Notes: a model not told the origin generated them from the sequence alone. A DNA stretch of 63,722 nucleotides, filler included, from an uncultured Methanoregulaceae archaeon (GCA_964530035.1; 3 parts of 3 records of this genome joined end to end with filler, not necessarily neighbours in it); one strand, 5' to 3'; positions 21,760 through 33,613 are shown, counted from the whole stretch's first letter. Translations and numbers: made by a program.

Positions 21760-24700
21760 ATGCTCAACGTGTCACCTGCCATGGAGGCGTATCACAAAAA
21801 ACTCCGTGAAGGCCTCGAATCCGCACTATCGGTCGCCCGGGAGGCACGTTCACGGGGACTAGACCCCTCGGCTGGTGTCGAGATCGCGCTCGCAACCGAT
21901 CTTGCCGACCGCGTCGAAGCGGTTATCGGGGTCCCCGGGGTAGCGGAGCGCGTGCGCGTGCTCGAACGGGACATGTCGCGGGAGGAGGCAGCCCTTAGGA
22001 TCGGCGACGACTTCGTGGCCGGGATGTTCGGCGGCGGGAGCCCGGAGGTCATCCTCGACCATTCCATCAGGTGCGCAATGGCAATCCTCACCGAGGGGGT
22101 CACCGCCGCGCCCACCGAGGGGATTGCCAAGGTGGGCCTCGGCAGGAACGATGACGGGACCGAGTACCTGAAGATCTATTACGCCGGGCCGATACGTTCT
22201 GCGGGAGGGACCGCCCAGGCCCTGTCGGTCCTTGTCGGGGACTATGTCAGGCGGAAGCTGAACATCAACCGGTACATCCCGAGAGAAAATGAAATCCTCC
22301 GCTATATAGAGGAGATACGGCAGTACAACACGATTATGAGCCTCCAGTACCTGCCGAGCGATACCGAGATCCGGCTCATCATCGAGAACTGCCCGGTCTG
22401 CATCGATGGTGAAGGGACCGAGCAGGCCGAGGTGAGCGGGTACCGTGACCTGGACAGGATCGAAACGAACACGGTACGCGGCGGCATGGCCCTTGTCATA
22501 GCGGAAGGCCTGGCTTTGAAAGCCCCGAAGGTCCAGAAAAATGTAAAAAAGATGAAAATGGAGGGCTGGGACTGGCTGGACACACTCCTCCACCTCTCGG
22601 CGAAGAAGGGAGGGGGGGACGAGGACCGGAAGGTCGCCCCGAAGGACAAGTACCTGCGCGACCTTATCGGGGGGCGGCCCGTCTTCGCCTACCCGATGCG
22701 CAAGGGGGGCTTCAGGCTCAGGTACGGACGTTCCCGGAACACGGGGCTCGCGGCCGCCGGGCTCAACCCGGCGACGATGGAGGTCCTTGGCAACTTCCTG
22801 GCGGTAGGGACACAGATGAAGGTCGAAAGACCGGGAAAAGCCGCAGGTATTTCTCCCGTTGACACCATCGAGGGACCGACCGTCCTCCTCAGGAACGGGG
22901 ACCTTGTCAGGGTGGACACGCTTGCCGCTGCCGCTGCAGTCAGGGGAAAGGTCGAACGAATCCTTGACGTCGGGGAGATCCTGGTGAGTTTCGGAGAGTT
23001 CCTTGAGAACAACCACCCTCTCGTCCCTCCCTCGTACTGCGAGGAATGGTGGCTCCTGGAGGGTGGACCCCGTCATCCCCGGGACGAGGACGAAGCGGTC
23101 GCGTTTGCAGACGGAGGGGCTCCGCTCCACCCGGCATGGACCTGGTTCTGGGACGATATCACCCCTGAACAGTTCAGGGACCTGTCACGTTTTGTCCACA
23201 CCCATGCAAAACTGGAGGACGGATACCTGGTACTTCCTGCCGACCCGGCTGTCAAGGAAGTCCTCGAGGAACTCCTCGTCCCGCACAATGTCAGGGAAGG
23301 TACCCTGCGCATTGGTCAATGGAAAGCGTTCTCACGGTGTCTCGGCCTTGGTCCCGTGCCCGGTGCCGGAGCTCTGCCGCCCCTTGATTCCCTTGAAGGG
23401 TCCGACGGACTCGCCCTCGCATCGGCCCTCTCCGGGTGGACGGTCAGGTCCCGGGGTGGGACGCGGATAGGCGGGAGAATGGGCAGGCCGGGCAAATCGA
23501 AGCCCCGGGAGATGAAACCGCCACCCCATGCCCTCTTTCCCCTGGGAGAGGCCGGGGGCTCCAGGCGGTCCTTCCAGGAAGCACAGACCCATGCGCCGGT
23601 AGCGAACATGGACGGCGGAGTCATCACCATCGAGGCCGGGAGGCGCAGGTGCAGTGCCTGCGGGACTCTGACCTACCGGAACCGGTGCCAGTGTGGGAGG
23701 CACACGGACCCCGTGTATACCTGCCAGAACTGCAAACGAGAGACAACCGGCCCTGAATGCCCGAACTGCGGTACCGGGACGACCTGTTCACAGGTATGCA
23801 CCATCAATATCCGTGAAGAATATGCACGAGCACTCGAACGGCTGGGCCTGAGGCAGAACGCCGTCGTGCTCGTCAAGGGGGTGAAAGGTCTCATATCCCG
23901 TGAGCGGTCCATAGAGGAGATCGACAAGGGGATCCTGAGGGCGTTCTGGGAGCTGTTCGTGTTCAAGGACGGTACCGTGCGGTACGACATGATAGACCTC
24001 CCCCTGACGCATTTCCGGCCACGGGAGGCCGGGGTCGGTGTCGATGTCCTGAAGCGCCTGGGATACCTGCATGATATCCACGGAGATGAGCTTGTAAACC
24101 AGGACCAGGTCCTCGAGCTGCCCCCCCAGGACATCCTGGTGTCCGAGGACTGCGGTGACTACCTTGCCAGGACCGCGTGTTTCATCGACGACCTCCTGGA
24201 AAAGGTCTACGGTCTTCCGAAATTCTACGGGATTACCGACCGTCACGGCCTTCTCGGGCACCTCGTCGTCGGCCTCGCCCCCCATACGAGTGCAGGGGTG
24301 CTTGCACGTATCGTCGGGTTCTCGAAGGCCGGGGTCGGCTATGGCCACCCCTTTTTCCATGCTGCAAAGAGACGGAACTGTTTCCACGGCGATACCCGCA
24401 TCGAGCTCTATGATGGCCAGGCATGGAAACAGGTCCCGGTCCGCCAGTTCATAATGGAAAACTTCGACATCAACCGGCCGGGTCTTGACCGGCTCGGCAC
24501 CTACTTCTCGGACCTGGCCAGGCCGCATTATGCCAGGACAGTGGACACCTCCGGGACGGTCCATATGAGGAAGGTCACATCGGTGTCGGTCCACAGGGCA
24601 CCCCGGTTTCTTATCAGGTTCGAGACCTCTCGGGGCATGACGCTTGCCGTTACCCCGGACCACGCGATGCTGGTATGGGACCTGTGCTATCTCAGGAAAA

Positions 24701-25626
24701 TCAAGGCGCTCGAGGTCAAAGAAGGGGATGCCTTCCCGGTCTACCAGGGCGGAGCAGTCATCACCGACAGGGTTACCCGCGTTGATACGGTCCCCTGCCC
24801 CGAAGAACAGGTCTATTGTCTCACGGTAACCGATGAGCACACGGTCCTTGCGAACGGTGTCTTCACGGGACAGTGTGACGGTGATGAGGACTGCGTGATG
24901 CTCCTCCTCGATGGGTTGCTCAACTTTTCCCGGAGTTTTCTCCCCGAGACCCGGGGTGGCTCGATGGACGCGCCCCTCGTGCTCTCGACAAGGCTCGATC
25001 CGAAGGAGATCGATAAGGAAAGCCACAACCTTGACGTGTGCGGATCATACCCTGCCGAGCTGTACCAGAAGGCCCTTGTGTATGCCCAGCCCAAGGAGGT
25101 CGAGGCGGCAATCGACCGGGTCGAACGCAGGCTCGGAACGCCGGCGCAGCTCGAGGGTTTCCTGTATACCCATGACACGTCCGATATCTCATCGGGACCG
25201 CTTGAATCGACATACACCCAGTTAAAAACGATGATTGAAAAACTGGACGCCGAACTGGACCTTGCCGTCATGATACGGGCGGTGGACGCCGATGACGTGG
25301 CCGAACGGGTCCTGACCACCCACTTCATCCGTGACCTGATGGGCAACCTCTCGGCGTTCTCGAAACAGAAGTTCAGGTGTTCAAAGTGCAACACGAGCTA
25401 CCGGAGGATGCCGCTCTCCGGCAAGTGCAGCCGTTGCGGGGGAGGGATCATCCCCACGGTCCATGAAGGATCAGTCAAGAAGTACCTCGAGATGTCCAGA
25501 AAGATCTGCACGGACTACAGGGTATCTCCCTACACAAAGCAGCGCGTTGACGTCCTGTGCATGGCCATCGAAAGCACGTTTGCGGAGGAGAAGAGCCAGC
25601 AGATGGGCCTGGCCGATTTCATGTAG
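21760..25626 (+). CDS. polC: DNA polymerase D large subunit DP2 (intein-containing)
   Basis: [29 protein letters not shown]...CDGDED and zinc-finger motifs. Confidence 0.98.
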   Translation: MLNVSPAMEAYHKKLREGLESALSVAREARSRGLDPSAGVEIALATDLADRVEAVIGVPGVAERVRVLERDMSREEAALRIGDDFVAGMFGGGSPEVILDHSIRCAMAILTEGVTAAPTEGIAKVGLGRNDDGTEYLKIYYAGPIRSAGGTAQALSVLVGDYVRRKLNINRYIPRENEILRYIEEIRQYNTIMSLQYLPSDTEIRLIIENCPVCIDGEGTEQAEVSGYRDLDRIETNTVRGGMALVIAEGLALKAPKVQKNVKKMKMEGWDWLDTLLHLSAKKGGGDEDRKVAPKDKYLRDLIGGRPVFAYPMRKGGFRLRYGRSRNTGLAAAGLNPATMEVLGNFLAVGTQMKVERPGKAAGISPVDTIEGPTVLLRNGDLVRVDTLAAAAAVRGKVERILDVGEILVSFGEFLENNHPLVPPSYCEEWWLLEGGPRHPRDEDEAVAFADGGAPLHPAWTWFWDDITPEQFRDLSRFVHTHAKLEDGYLVLPADPAVKEVLEELLVPHNVREGTLRIGQWKAFSRCLGLGPVPGAGALPPLDSLEGSDGLALASALSGWTVRSRGGTRIGGRMGRPGKSKPREMKPPPHALFPLGEAGGSRRSFQEAQTHAPVANMDGGVITIEAGRRRCSACGTLTYRNRCQCGRHTDPVYTCQNCKRETTGPECPNCGTGTTCSQVCTINIREEYARALERLGLRQNAVVLVKGVKGLISRERSIEEIDKGILRAFWELFVFKDGTVRYDMIDLPLTHFRPREAGVGVDVLKRLGYLHDIHGDELVNQDQVLELPPQDILVSEDCGDYLARTACFIDDLLEKVYGLPKFYGITDRHGLLGHLVVGLAPHTSAGVLARIVGFSKAGVGYGHPFFHAAKRRNCFHGDTRIELYDGQAWKQVPVRQFIMENFDINRPGLDRLGTYFSDLARPHYARTVDTSGTVHMRKVTSVSVHRAPRFLIRFETSRGMTLAVTPDHAMLVWDLCYLRKIKALEVKEGDAFPVYQGGAVITDRVTRVDTVPCPEEQVYCLTVTDEHTVLANGVFTGQCDGDEDCVMLLLDGLLNFSRSFLPETRGGSMDAPLVLSTRLDPKEIDKESHNLDVCGSYPAELYQKALVYAQPKEVEAAIDRVERRLGTPAQLEGFLYTHDTSDISSGPLESTYTQLKTMIEKLDAELDLAVMIRAVDADDVAERVLTTHFIRDLMGNLSAFSKQKFRCSKCNTSYRRMPLSGKCSRCGGGIIPTVHEGSVKKYLEMSRKICTDYRVSPYTKQRVDVLCMAIESTFAEEKSQQMGLADFM
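24379..24873 (+). mobile_element. 165-aa mini-intein in PolC (Cys1 to Gly-Gln, +1 Cys), no homing endonuclease
   Basis: Interrupts KRRN|CDGDED. Begins CFHGDT, has block B TPDH and block F VYCLTV, and ends FTGQ. Confidence 0.95.
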
Positions 25627-25796
25627 AGAGACCGGTTTCCGGGGGTCGCACCGTCCCCTTTCCGGGGGATCAAACCGGAACATTAACCCCTTCATCCTCC
25701 AGATAGTTCTTTTACCTGGTGTCAGCAGCCTTCTGTCAGGCCTGACAGCCGGGGGAGTTGCAGCCATCATGCCGGTCGACCGGATCCTGACCATAG

Positions 25797-25896
25797 NNNN
25801 NNNNNNNNNNNNNNNNNNNNNNNNNNNNNNNNNNNNNNNNTTAATTAATTAANNNNNNNNNNNNNNNNNNNNNNNNNNNNNNNNNNNNNNNNNNNN
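25797..25896. other. Artificial contig linker
   Basis: N44-TTAATTAATTAA-N44, giving stops in all six frames. Confidence 0.95.
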
Positions 25897-26248
25897 ACTC
25901 AACACCCTTGACCGCCCCCCTGCTGAAGAATGGGTGCGGGCGGCAACCGGGGCGGAACTGGAGTATGTGAAGGAGACTCTGGAATGGCCTGATACTGTCA
26001 TTATCGGCCATCACCCTTCCACCCAGGGGATAATCCGGGTGAATACCGGTTCAGCGGAGCGAATCCTGGCAACCCTCCGTCGCAGACCTTCAACAATTGA
26101 AGACCTTGTCCGGACCACCGGGCTTAGCGGAGGGGAGGTTGCAAAACTCCTCAGGGCCCTTGAACAGGGTGGTCATGTCACGTCACAACAGGGCCTGCGT
26201 GGAGTATTTTACATGATATCCGGAGGAAACCATCCGGGAGATGTCTGA
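25897..26248 (+). CDS. 3' fragment of a probable radical SAM protein with C-terminal HTH (truncated by contig start)
   Basis: LNTLDRPPAEEWV...ILATLRRRPSTIEDL resembles the C-terminus of that family; the stop abuts the next ATG. Confidence 0.6.
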
Positions 26249-27097
26249 ATGAATGTGACCATACTCATGGACAATACTGCGCTGTTTGACAGGTTCTACA
26301 CCGCAGAGCACGGGTTTTCCGCGTATATCGAGGCGGATGGCTGTAAAGTGCTGTTCGATACGGGATACTCCGGTGCGACCCTTGCCAATGCACAAAAAAT
26401 GGGGATTAACCTGCTTGACCTTGATTTCATCGTCCTTTCACACGGTCATTCAGATCATACCGGCGGGCTTTTTCACATAATGAGGCTCTTTACCGAGGCC
26501 ATCATAGAAAAGACCTCCTGCCGCCTGCCAAAACTGATCGCACATCCCAGGTGTTTCCAGCCCCGCCCAAAGCCTCCCCTGCCGGATATCGGGGCGGTGC
26601 TAACCGCGGATGAAGTCAGGAGGGTAATGCCGATCGAGTTCTCGCGGGGTCCTGCAGCCCTGACACGAAACCTGTTTTTTCTCGGAGAAATAGAGAGACA
26701 GTACCCGTTTGAACTGACCATGCCCGGTCCACGGCGTATCGTCCTTGAAAACGGAAGCACCGTTGAAGATACCCTTATCGATGATACGGCGGTCGCCTGC
26801 CGTTGCAGTGAAGGAATTGTACTCATAACGGGGTGTGCACATGCAGGGATCTGCAATACGGTCGAATATTCAAAAAGCGTCCTTGGAAGTAACAAGGTCC
26901 ATGACATCATCGGAGGTCTACACCTCCGGGGAGAGGGGGCCCAGCTTGAAGGGACACGTGCCTATCTCCAGGACCAGGGGCTCAATGCACTCCATGCATG
27001 CCACTGTACATCGCTGCAGGCTAAAATCGCTCTCGCAGGAGTTGTGCCCATTAAGGAAACCGGCGTTGGCCTGAGGCTGAATTACGGGGATACCTGA
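26249..27097 (+). CDS. MBL-fold metallo-hydrolase
   Basis: EHGFS, LFDTG, SHGHSDHTGG, GCAHAG, GGLH and CHCT motifs. Confidence 0.9.
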   Translation: MNVTILMDNTALFDRFYTAEHGFSAYIEADGCKVLFDTGYSGATLANAQKMGINLLDLDFIVLSHGHSDHTGGLFHIMRLFTEAIIEKTSCRLPKLIAHPRCFQPRPKPPLPDIGAVLTADEVRRVMPIEFSRGPAALTRNLFFLGEIERQYPFELTMPGPRRIVLENGSTVEDTLIDDTAVACRCSEGIVLITGCAHAGICNTVEYSKSVLGSNKVHDIIGGLHLRGEGAQLEGTRAYLQDQGLNALHACHCTSLQAKIALAGVVPIKETGVGLRLNYGDT

Positions 27098-27165
27098 ACC
27101 AAAACCGCCCTCTGCCACGTCAACCCGAAAACCATGCATTGAAACGAGCAACCACCGGGCATTGA

Positions 27166-27456
27166 CTACAACCGGTAATGCCCACCCTGGATTCGGATGG
27201 TTTTTCCATGCAGGAGCCCCTCAGCAATTTTTTTCCGTGCACCGATGACAAGACGGTGAAAAGTCGGCTGAGAGATCTCCATCATCCGGGCACACTCGAC
27301 CTGGTCCAGCCCTTCGAGGTCCTTGAGCCTTATCGCTTCAAATTCATCCACGGTGAGAACCGTTTCTTCAGAACCCGCCGGACCTTCGGTCTCAGGCCTG
27401 AATGAAGTAAAGGGGGGGGTACAACCCACCCTCCTGCAGCGCCTCCTTCCTGGCAT
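27166..27456 (-). CDS. DUF134-family DNA-binding protein
   Basis: EFEAIRLKDLEGLDQ...MEISQPTFHR...ARKKIA. Confidence 0.9.
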   Translation of the reverse strand: MPGRRRCRRVGCTPPFTSFRPETEGPAGSEETVLTVDEFEAIRLKDLEGLDQVECARMMEISQPTFHRLVIGARKKIAEGLLHGKTIRIQGGHYRL

Positions 27457-27725
27457 TACTCAATGGAGTTGAGTCGTCTTTCGATTTCAGCCTTTTCAGC
27501 TTCGATGCGTTTTAATTCAGCCTCGAGGAGCTGCTTCTGCGCTTCCTTGCCGATAGGCTCTGCATCCGGAAAACAGTTCCAGACATAGCCGTACCTCCGG
27601 CCATTACCACGGGCAAACCCCTGGCGGCATCCCCGGCCATACGCCATTCCCCTGCCACAAGGGCCCATACCTCTTCCCGAACCGGGTCCATACCCGGCAG
27701 GGCCAGTCATATCATATCCGGGCAT
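27456..27725 (-). CDS. DUF5320-family protein
   Basis: MPGYDMTGPAGYGPGSGRGMGPC N-terminus and coiled-coil C-terminus. Confidence 0.85.
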   Translation of the reverse strand: MPGYDMTGPAGYGPGSGRGMGPCGRGMAYGRGCRQGFARGNGRRYGYVWNCFPDAEPIGKEAQKQLLEAELKRIEAEKAEIERRLNSIE

Positions 27726-28121
27726 CTTTGTATGCCTCAGTATATGAATATATATTCACATCATGATAGCCCTGTCGTTTGTGACACAATTCGCAAACGA
27801 CAGGTAACCGTGTTTCGAGTCAGCAGGATGGGGAAACAGCTAATGCGGGGGACTTATCATGTGGCATCATTCCCGGATGAACTCCGATCGTCCAGCCCGG
27901 CACCTTCAGGGAACGCCGGTGAACGCGATCATTCCAGGTCTCATTTCAGGACGATGCTGTGAACCAGGACCTTTTCCGTCGAAAATTTTCAGAGTTACAG
28001 AAATACTGCCGCCATGACACCCCCGGAACCCCGGGTATGCGAGGTGCCGGACAACCTTGATACCCTGCGGTCATATGGAAAATCCATTGCTTTATTTTCC
28101 CCAACCGGAAATGGATTTCAG

Positions 28122-28433
28122 ATGACATCTCCTTCAGCCATGACCGTGTCCGAAGCTGTTGCGGTCCTTGGGATCCCGGGAAGGGCGAGCCTGAACCAGA
28201 TCCACACCCGGTTCCATGATCTGGTTAAAATCTGGCACCCGGATGTCTCACGGAACGACCCTGCCCGGTCCCATGAGACGTTCATCAGGATCAAGGAGGC
28301 ATACACCGTACTGATAGAATATTGCATGAACTACGAGTTTTCGTTCCTCCCGGAAGATATCCATGCAGGAACTGACTATGACCCACAGGAGTTCTGGATG
28401 AGCCGTTTTGGAGATGACCCCATATGGGGATGA
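28122..28433 (+). CDS. Small J-domain protein
   Basis: HPD motif (IWHPDV) and IKEAYTVL. Confidence 0.85.
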   Translation: MTSPSAMTVSEAVAVLGIPGRASLNQIHTRFHDLVKIWHPDVSRNDPARSHETFIRIKEAYTVLIEYCMNYEFSFLPEDIHAGTDYDPQEFWMSRFGDDPIWG

Positions 28434-28928
28434 GGCTTCCCTGCTGAAGACCCTGTGTCCCACCCGGGGTTCTCTTTCTCTGACCATCCCCAGTATGAGC
28501 TCTAGGCCATGTTCAGAAGAAAAACGGCATATACATCAGCCCCGGGAAAAACCATGCTGTATCCTGGCAGAGGTCAACAACCAAAGCATTAAGAAAATTG
28601 TGCGCATATGAGTAATTAAGATGCCCCAAGGGGTATCGTTGTGAACACACTGCCGGGACCTGGCAAAACCTTAATCAGAGAGGTAAGCCCCTCCAGAAGA
28701 GCCCGCTATGGCAGGAAGAGCATTCTGCCTTATATCAAGGGTTCCGGAATCCAGGTAACCCCGGCAGCGGAGGAGAGAAAAAAACCATCGATTCCCAGGT
28801 TCACAGGATTGCTGCGACCTGCAGCAGGAAGAGGGAGATCGTGCTTCACCATGGAAGACCGATCAACCGTTTTCAGGATCTGCATGGCAGTTCAAATCGG
28901 ACAACTACATCGTTACAAGGTCATCAGT

Positions 28929-29285
28929 ATGAAGGTAGCAATTGCAAAAGAAGGAGATTATGTTTCAGAACATTTCGGACACTGTACAGAATATGCTCTT
29001 TTCCTTGTTGAAAACGGAGCAGTCACCAAACGTGAAATCCTCATGAGCCCGGGGCATGAGCCGGGAAAACTACCGCCGTTCCTTGCAGGACACGATGTCA
29101 CCCATGTACTGGCAGGGGGAATGGGGCCGCGGGCTGTGGAGCTGTTCTGCCAGAACGACATCGAGGTGTATCTTGGCGTACGGGGATCCATCGAGGATGC
29201 AATACAGGATTTCATTTCAGGAAAGATAGAGCAGGGTGAAAGCAGCTGCACCCACGGCCCGGGCCATGCCGGGTGTGACCACTAG
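28929..29285 (+). CDS. NifB/NifX-family cofactor-binding protein
   Basis: MKVAIA...VSEHFGHC and AGGMGPRA motifs; His/Cys-rich tail. Confidence 0.88.
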   Translation: MKVAIAKEGDYVSEHFGHCTEYALFLVENGAVTKREILMSPGHEPGKLPPFLAGHDVTHVLAGGMGPRAVELFCQNDIEVYLGVRGSIEDAIQDFISGKIEQGESSCTHGPGHAGCDH

Positions 29286-29640
29286 GTTACCACGATAGAG
29301 ACATCTGCATCAGAGACAGGGGGCATCCCTAACCTTCGGGACGGGAGAATGAATAACCGCCGGAAAATGGCGGCCACCGTTTTCAAAAGTCGTTATTTTT
29401 CACGCAAACAGGAAATAATCGTCACATGGGGGGTTCCCCAGGTCATTCCTCCCGGTATCTTATGGGGATACGGAAACTGATATTTCCAGCAGGAGCGCTC
29501 ATCCAGGAGTATTCTGGCATACCTGCTGTTCAACTTTTTTTTCATTAAAGTAAAAAGATGTTCTTAATTTCCGATTCTATTGCCCGTTTCCAGAAATAAA
29601 GGCTATATAAGGCCTGATTTTTCAAAATCGTTTCGAAACC

Positions 29641-29650
29641 TTTAATAAAT
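29641..29650 (+). promoter_or_regulatory. Putative TATA box of the mtr operon
   Basis: TTTAATAAAT in an AT-rich region about 105 nt before mtrE; GAGGAGG RBS before the ATG. Confidence 0.4.
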
Positions 29651-29754
29651 TCTCTACCGACTGTTGTATGAATCACAAAGGGTTTGAACTCGATGTGAGT
29701 GGCAATGCATGATGAATACTCTGGTGCCGAATTGGGCACAGAGGAGGATTTTAC

Positions 29755-30666
29755 ATGGTAGAATCTATTGTCTTAGGCATTGGGATTACTGCATTGGCAG
29801 GTTCACTTGCCGCGGTAGCCGGTGCTGCGGAGGATACTGAATCAAACATCGGGTCACAGGGTGACCCGAACTCTCAGGTCCAGCTCGCTCCCCAGATGGG
29901 GTACGTTCACCGTATCTTCAACAAGGCGGTAGCTGGCGAACCTCCGGCATACGGCTTGTGGGTTGCCCTCGGCGCAGGTATCGCGTGGGCATTCATGGCA
30001 ATGGCAATGAACCCAATCATTGCAATTACTCTCGGGGCGGTCCTCGCCACCTTCGTTCAGGGGGTCTATGCCACTACGGCATACCTCGGAAGGACGGCAA
30101 GCCTGGCCAAGTTCGGGCAGCCGGTCTTCATCGACATCTTGAAGTCGATGACGACGGTGACGATGGCACACGCCTTTATCGCAATATTCGCTACGGTGGC
30201 ACTCTGCCACTTGATCAACGCTGCCCTCGGGCACCCCTTCCCGCTCCCGCTCCTCGGGCTCGTGTGGGGTATCGCTCTTGGTGCCGCCGGTTCTGCAACC
30301 GGAAACCCGTACTACGGAAAGGAACGCCAGTACCAGACCCAGAAGTTCGGTGCAGGTGTCCCTATCGCCGCGTCCGGGAACATCGTCCGGTATGCAGAGG
30401 CTGGTGTCCGTAACTCCATCGACAACGGGTGGTTCACGGCCAAGCTCGGCGGTCCGGCATCCGGGGTCTGTTTCGGTCTTATCGTCTTCCTTGAGCTCTG
30501 GAGAACGGTGCTCTTCGAGAATGACAAGATCAACAGCCCCTGGGGTGCGATCATCCTCGGAGTGATCATGATCCTGATCTTCACGGTCATTGACCGCTAC
30601 ATCGAGCTCTGGGCACGCAAGAACTACGGACCATACACCAAGCCCACTGAGGAGGCATCCTCATGA
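29755..30666 (+). CDS. mtrE: Tetrahydromethanopterin S-methyltransferase subunit E
   Basis: AEDTESNIGSQGDPNSQVQLAPQMG and HPFPLP motifs. Confidence 0.97.
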   Translation: MVESIVLGIGITALAGSLAAVAGAAEDTESNIGSQGDPNSQVQLAPQMGYVHRIFNKAVAGEPPAYGLWVALGAGIAWAFMAMAMNPIIAITLGAVLATFVQGVYATTAYLGRTASLAKFGQPVFIDILKSMTTVTMAHAFIAIFATVALCHLINAALGHPFPLPLLGLVWGIALGAAGSATGNPYYGKERQYQTQKFGAGVPIAASGNIVRYAEAGVRNSIDNGWFTAKLGGPASGVCFGLIVFLELWRTVLFENDKINSPWGAIILGVIMILIFTVIDRYIELWARKNYGPYTKPTEEASS

Positions 30667-31526
30667 GTGCATTGGGAGGCCCGAAGACATCGTCCGGCCA
30701 GGGTCTTGACCCGGTCGCGTCGGTCGTAGGAATCGTCATCTTCCTCGCCCTTGTCGGGGCAGGATATTACATCAGCATGATGCTGCAGATGCCCATCGCG
30801 TTCATGGCCCTTATCGGGATCGTGGTCGGCGGTGTGCTGATCGGGTTCGGCGTCCACTTCGTCCCGGTCGGTGGTGCACCCGCAGCAATGGGCCAGGCGC
30901 CCGGTATTGCAACGGGTGTCGCGATGCTTGCAGCAGGTGGAGGGCTCGCCGGCCTGTTCGGCGGTGCATGGGCTGCAGAGCAGGGGATCGTCCTCGCGAC
31001 CATAACAGGGGCAATCGGTGGCGGACTCATGATGGCCATCACCTGCATGATGGTGAACTTCATCTACGTCTACGGCATGGGTATCCCCGCAGCTTCCGGT
31101 AAGGTCGCAAAGGACCCGATAACCGGAGACACCCAGGCGGAGTACAAGTCCCAGGGTACTGAAGGGCACGGCCTGCCGTTCATCTCCTTCGTTGGCGGTG
31201 TGATAGGCGGTCTCTTCGCCGGGGGCGGGGGAACGATCATCTACGTCATGCTCCTTGATGTCTACAAGGTCGGACTGCCCGCCATGATGAATGCGAGACT
31301 CGAACAGATCCTGCCCATTGCAATATCGCTTGCAGGTATCTTCGCAGTCGGGATGTTCCTCGTCAACGCAGTGCTTACTGCGTACAACATCACGGGGACC
31401 ATCGAAGGTCCGCACGACCCCAAGTTCAAGAGGTGGCCGAGGGCCATCATCGCGTCTGCGGTCGCATCAGCACTTTGCGGGCTGGTTGCAATTCTTATCG
31501 TCATGCCGATAACAGTGGGGGTATAA
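30663..31526 (+). CDS. mtrD: Mtr subunit D
   Basis: VHFVPVGGAPAAM and GTIEGPHDPKFK motifs. Confidence 0.97.
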   Translation: MSALGGPKTSSGQGLDPVASVVGIVIFLALVGAGYYISMMLQMPIAFMALIGIVVGGVLIGFGVHFVPVGGAPAAMGQAPGIATGVAMLAAGGGLAGLFGGAWAAEQGIVLATITGAIGGGLMMAITCMMVNFIYVYGMGIPAASGKVAKDPITGDTQAEYKSQGTEGHGLPFISFVGGVIGGLFAGGGGTIIYVMLLDVYKVGLPAMMNARLEQILPIAISLAGIFAVGMFLVNAVLTAYNITGTIEGPHDPKFKRWPRAIIASAVASALCGLVAILIVMPITVGV

Positions 31527-31527
31527 A

Positions 31528-32379
31528 ATGACGGTAAAAGTTGAGATAATCGAAGGCGGAATGCCCCATAACAAGATCCTGATCACCGGGCTCATCGCCT
31601 CGCTGGTCTGCATCTACCTCACCATGGCAAACACGATGCCGGGAACATACCAGTTGTTCTCGTTCTTCGGCGGATTTGCAGTCGTCGCCGCGATATGGTG
31701 GGGCAGCGACACGATCAAGCACCTGTGCAGCTATGGTATCGGTACGGGAGTCCCGTCCGCAGGCATGGTCGCACTCGGTTCAGGTGTCATCGCCATGCTG
31801 TTCGCCACGAAGTTCGGCATGCTTGCACCCATCGTCGCAGTTATCCTCGCGGCGGTCATCGGGGCAATCATCGGCTACACGGCAAACAACATCCTCAGGA
31901 TGCACATCCCGGTCATGATCATCTCCCTGGTCGAACTCGCTATCGTAGGAGCCATCATCTTCATGGGCTTCGGCGCCATGATGACCGGCAGTTTCACCTT
32001 TGCAGGGCTTACCGACAGGGCCATCGACCTCGCGGGACTGCAGGTGCACTTCTACAATGCGACGTTCATCGGCGGGAGCCTCATCGCAACGGCGTTCATG
32101 CTCGGTGCAATCGCCGTCCAGCACCCGTTCAACGCGTGCCTCGGCCCGAACTGGACCCAGGACAGGATGCTCATGCTCGCCGCGGAGTGCGGGTTCATAT
32201 CCATGATTGCCGGCGCAATCATGTCGTTCGCCCTGATAAGCCAGCCTGCAGCGATTGTATCGCTGCTGATCGCGGTTATCTGCTGGGCGTACACGTACAA
32301 GCAGTACTTCGTGCTCTCAAAGCGTGACGCCGCCGGGTGGCTCGACTCGAAGCCAATCCCCGAACCGGAGGGACACTGA
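31528..32379 (+). CDS. mtrC: Mtr subunit C
   Basis: SYGIGTGVPS and HPFNACLGPN motifs. Confidence 0.97.
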   Translation: MTVKVEIIEGGMPHNKILITGLIASLVCIYLTMANTMPGTYQLFSFFGGFAVVAAIWWGSDTIKHLCSYGIGTGVPSAGMVALGSGVIAMLFATKFGMLAPIVAVILAAVIGAIIGYTANNILRMHIPVMIISLVELAIVGAIIFMGFGAMMTGSFTFAGLTDRAIDLAGLQVHFYNATFIGGSLIATAFMLGAIAVQHPFNACLGPNWTQDRMLMLAAECGFISMIAGAIMSFALISQPAAIVSLLIAVICWAYTYKQYFVLSKRDAAGWLDSKPIPEPEGH

Positions 32380-32380
32380 G

Positions 32381-32665
32381 ATGTACATCCAGGCACTCCC
32401 CGAGTTCGGACTCGTCGTCGACCCGATGGTCGGAATCCTCACCTCGGCAGGCGAGAGCTACGCCCCGGTCCTCGAGAAGGTAGACGTGCTCGAAGCAGTA
32501 TCAAACGACCTCGTCAACATGCTCTCAGGAGAAGGGAACTACCTTGCGTCCTTCCCGAACCGTGAGAAGACCCTCCCGTTCGCCGGCAGCATGACGTCAT
32601 TCTGGTACGGTATCGCAATAGGACTCTTCCTTGCTGGAATCGTGGTGTTCCAGCTGGCGAGGTGA
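32381..32665 (+). CDS. mtrB: Mtr subunit B
   Basis: [15 protein letters not shown]...SFPNRE; position in the operon. Confidence 0.93.
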   Translation: MYIQALPEFGLVVDPMVGILTSAGESYAPVLEKVDVLEAVSNDLVNMLSGEGNYLASFPNREKTLPFAGSMTSFWYGIAIGLFLAGIVVFQLAR

Positions 32666-32670
32666 AAACC

Positions 32671-33399
32671 ATGGCAGACAAGAAATCACCAGCAAGCGGG
32701 TGGCCGATCGTCCAGGGTGACTTCCATTCGGGAGACGCCCAGAGCCCGGTAGCCGTCGTCACCATGGGTTCGCACCTTGACGAGAAGGGGCTCTGCGACG
32801 CAGGCGCCGCCATGACCGGTTCCTGCAAGACCGAGAACCTCGGCCTTGAAAAGGTCATCGCCAACATCATATCCAACCCCAACATCAGGTTCGTCCTCCT
32901 TGTGGGGACGGAAGTCAAGGGCCACCTGTCAGGCCAGACCTTCGCGGCGCTCCACAAGGGCGGCGTTAAGGACGGGCGTGTCGTCGGTGCGGAAGGAGCC
33001 ATTCCCTTCATCGAAAACCTCGATGATGCTGCCATCAAGCGGTTCCAGGAACAGGTCGAGATGGTCAACATCATGGAGACCGAGGACCTCTCCGTCATCA
33101 AGGCCAAGATCAACGAACTCAAGGGCAGGGACCCCGGAGCTTTCGCCGGCGACCCGATGGTCATCGAGGTCAAGGAGGCCGGTGGGGCCGGTGGTGAAGA
33201 AGCGGGTGGCGAAGTGCGGCCCCTTTCAGGCGAGCTCGCACTGATAACCGCCCGGATGAAGATCATCGAGCGGATGGTCACTGATATCGGGTACCGCGAC
33301 AAGTTCGCGTCCGGTGTCTACGCCGGCAAGATTGAAGGTCTCATGATCGGTCTTGTCGTTTCGTTCATACTGCTCGGCTTCGTCTTAACGGGGGTCTGA
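32671..33399 (+). CDS. mtrA: Mtr subunit A (corrinoid protein)
   Basis: [25 protein letters not shown] and GAIPFIENL motifs; C-terminal TM helix. Confidence 0.97.
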   Translation: MADKKSPASGWPIVQGDFHSGDAQSPVAVVTMGSHLDEKGLCDAGAAMTGSCKTENLGLEKVIANIISNPNIRFVLLVGTEVKGHLSGQTFAALHKGGVKDGRVVGAEGAIPFIENLDDAAIKRFQEQVEMVNIMETEDLSVIKAKINELKGRDPGAFAGDPMVIEVKEAGGAGGEEAGGEVRPLSGELALITARMKIIERMVTDIGYRDKFASGVYAGKIEGLMIGLVVSFILLGFVLTGV

Positions 33400-33401
33400 A
33401 A

Positions 33402-33602
33402 ATGGCAGAAGAACAGAAGACAGCAGGACCTATCAGGATGGCGGCGATCGAAAACACCGTCGAAAACATCCGGTACAAGGCACAGATCCTCGCACGGACC
33501 AACAAGCTCGACTCTGCGATATCAGGGTCCGGCATTACGGGGTTCTTCCTTGGAGCAGCGATTGCGTTCGTGCTGATCGTCATACCGGTCCTGGTCGTGT
33601 GA
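33402..33602 (+). CDS. mtrF: Mtr subunit F
   Basis: IRYKAQILAR...KLDS followed by a TM helix. Confidence 0.92.
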   Translation: MAEEQKTAGPIRMAAIENTVENIRYKAQILARTNKLDSAISGSGITGFFLGAAIAFVLIVIPVLVV

Positions 33603-33613
33603 GGTGAAGAAAC

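Noticed and set aside
24379..24873. Homing endonuclease within the intein
   Set aside because: 165 aa leaves no room for one and no LAGLIDADG motifs are visible.
21859..25026. Long antisense ORFs (21859..23130, 23788..25026; also 9996..11237, 38714..40093, 56233..57582)
   Set aside because: These are shadows of GC-rich genes on the opposite strand and carry no recognisable motifs.
25841..25852. TTAATTAATTAA palindrome as a regulatory or recombination site
   Set aside because: It is centred in N runs and repeated at 51528-51539, so it is a synthetic linker.
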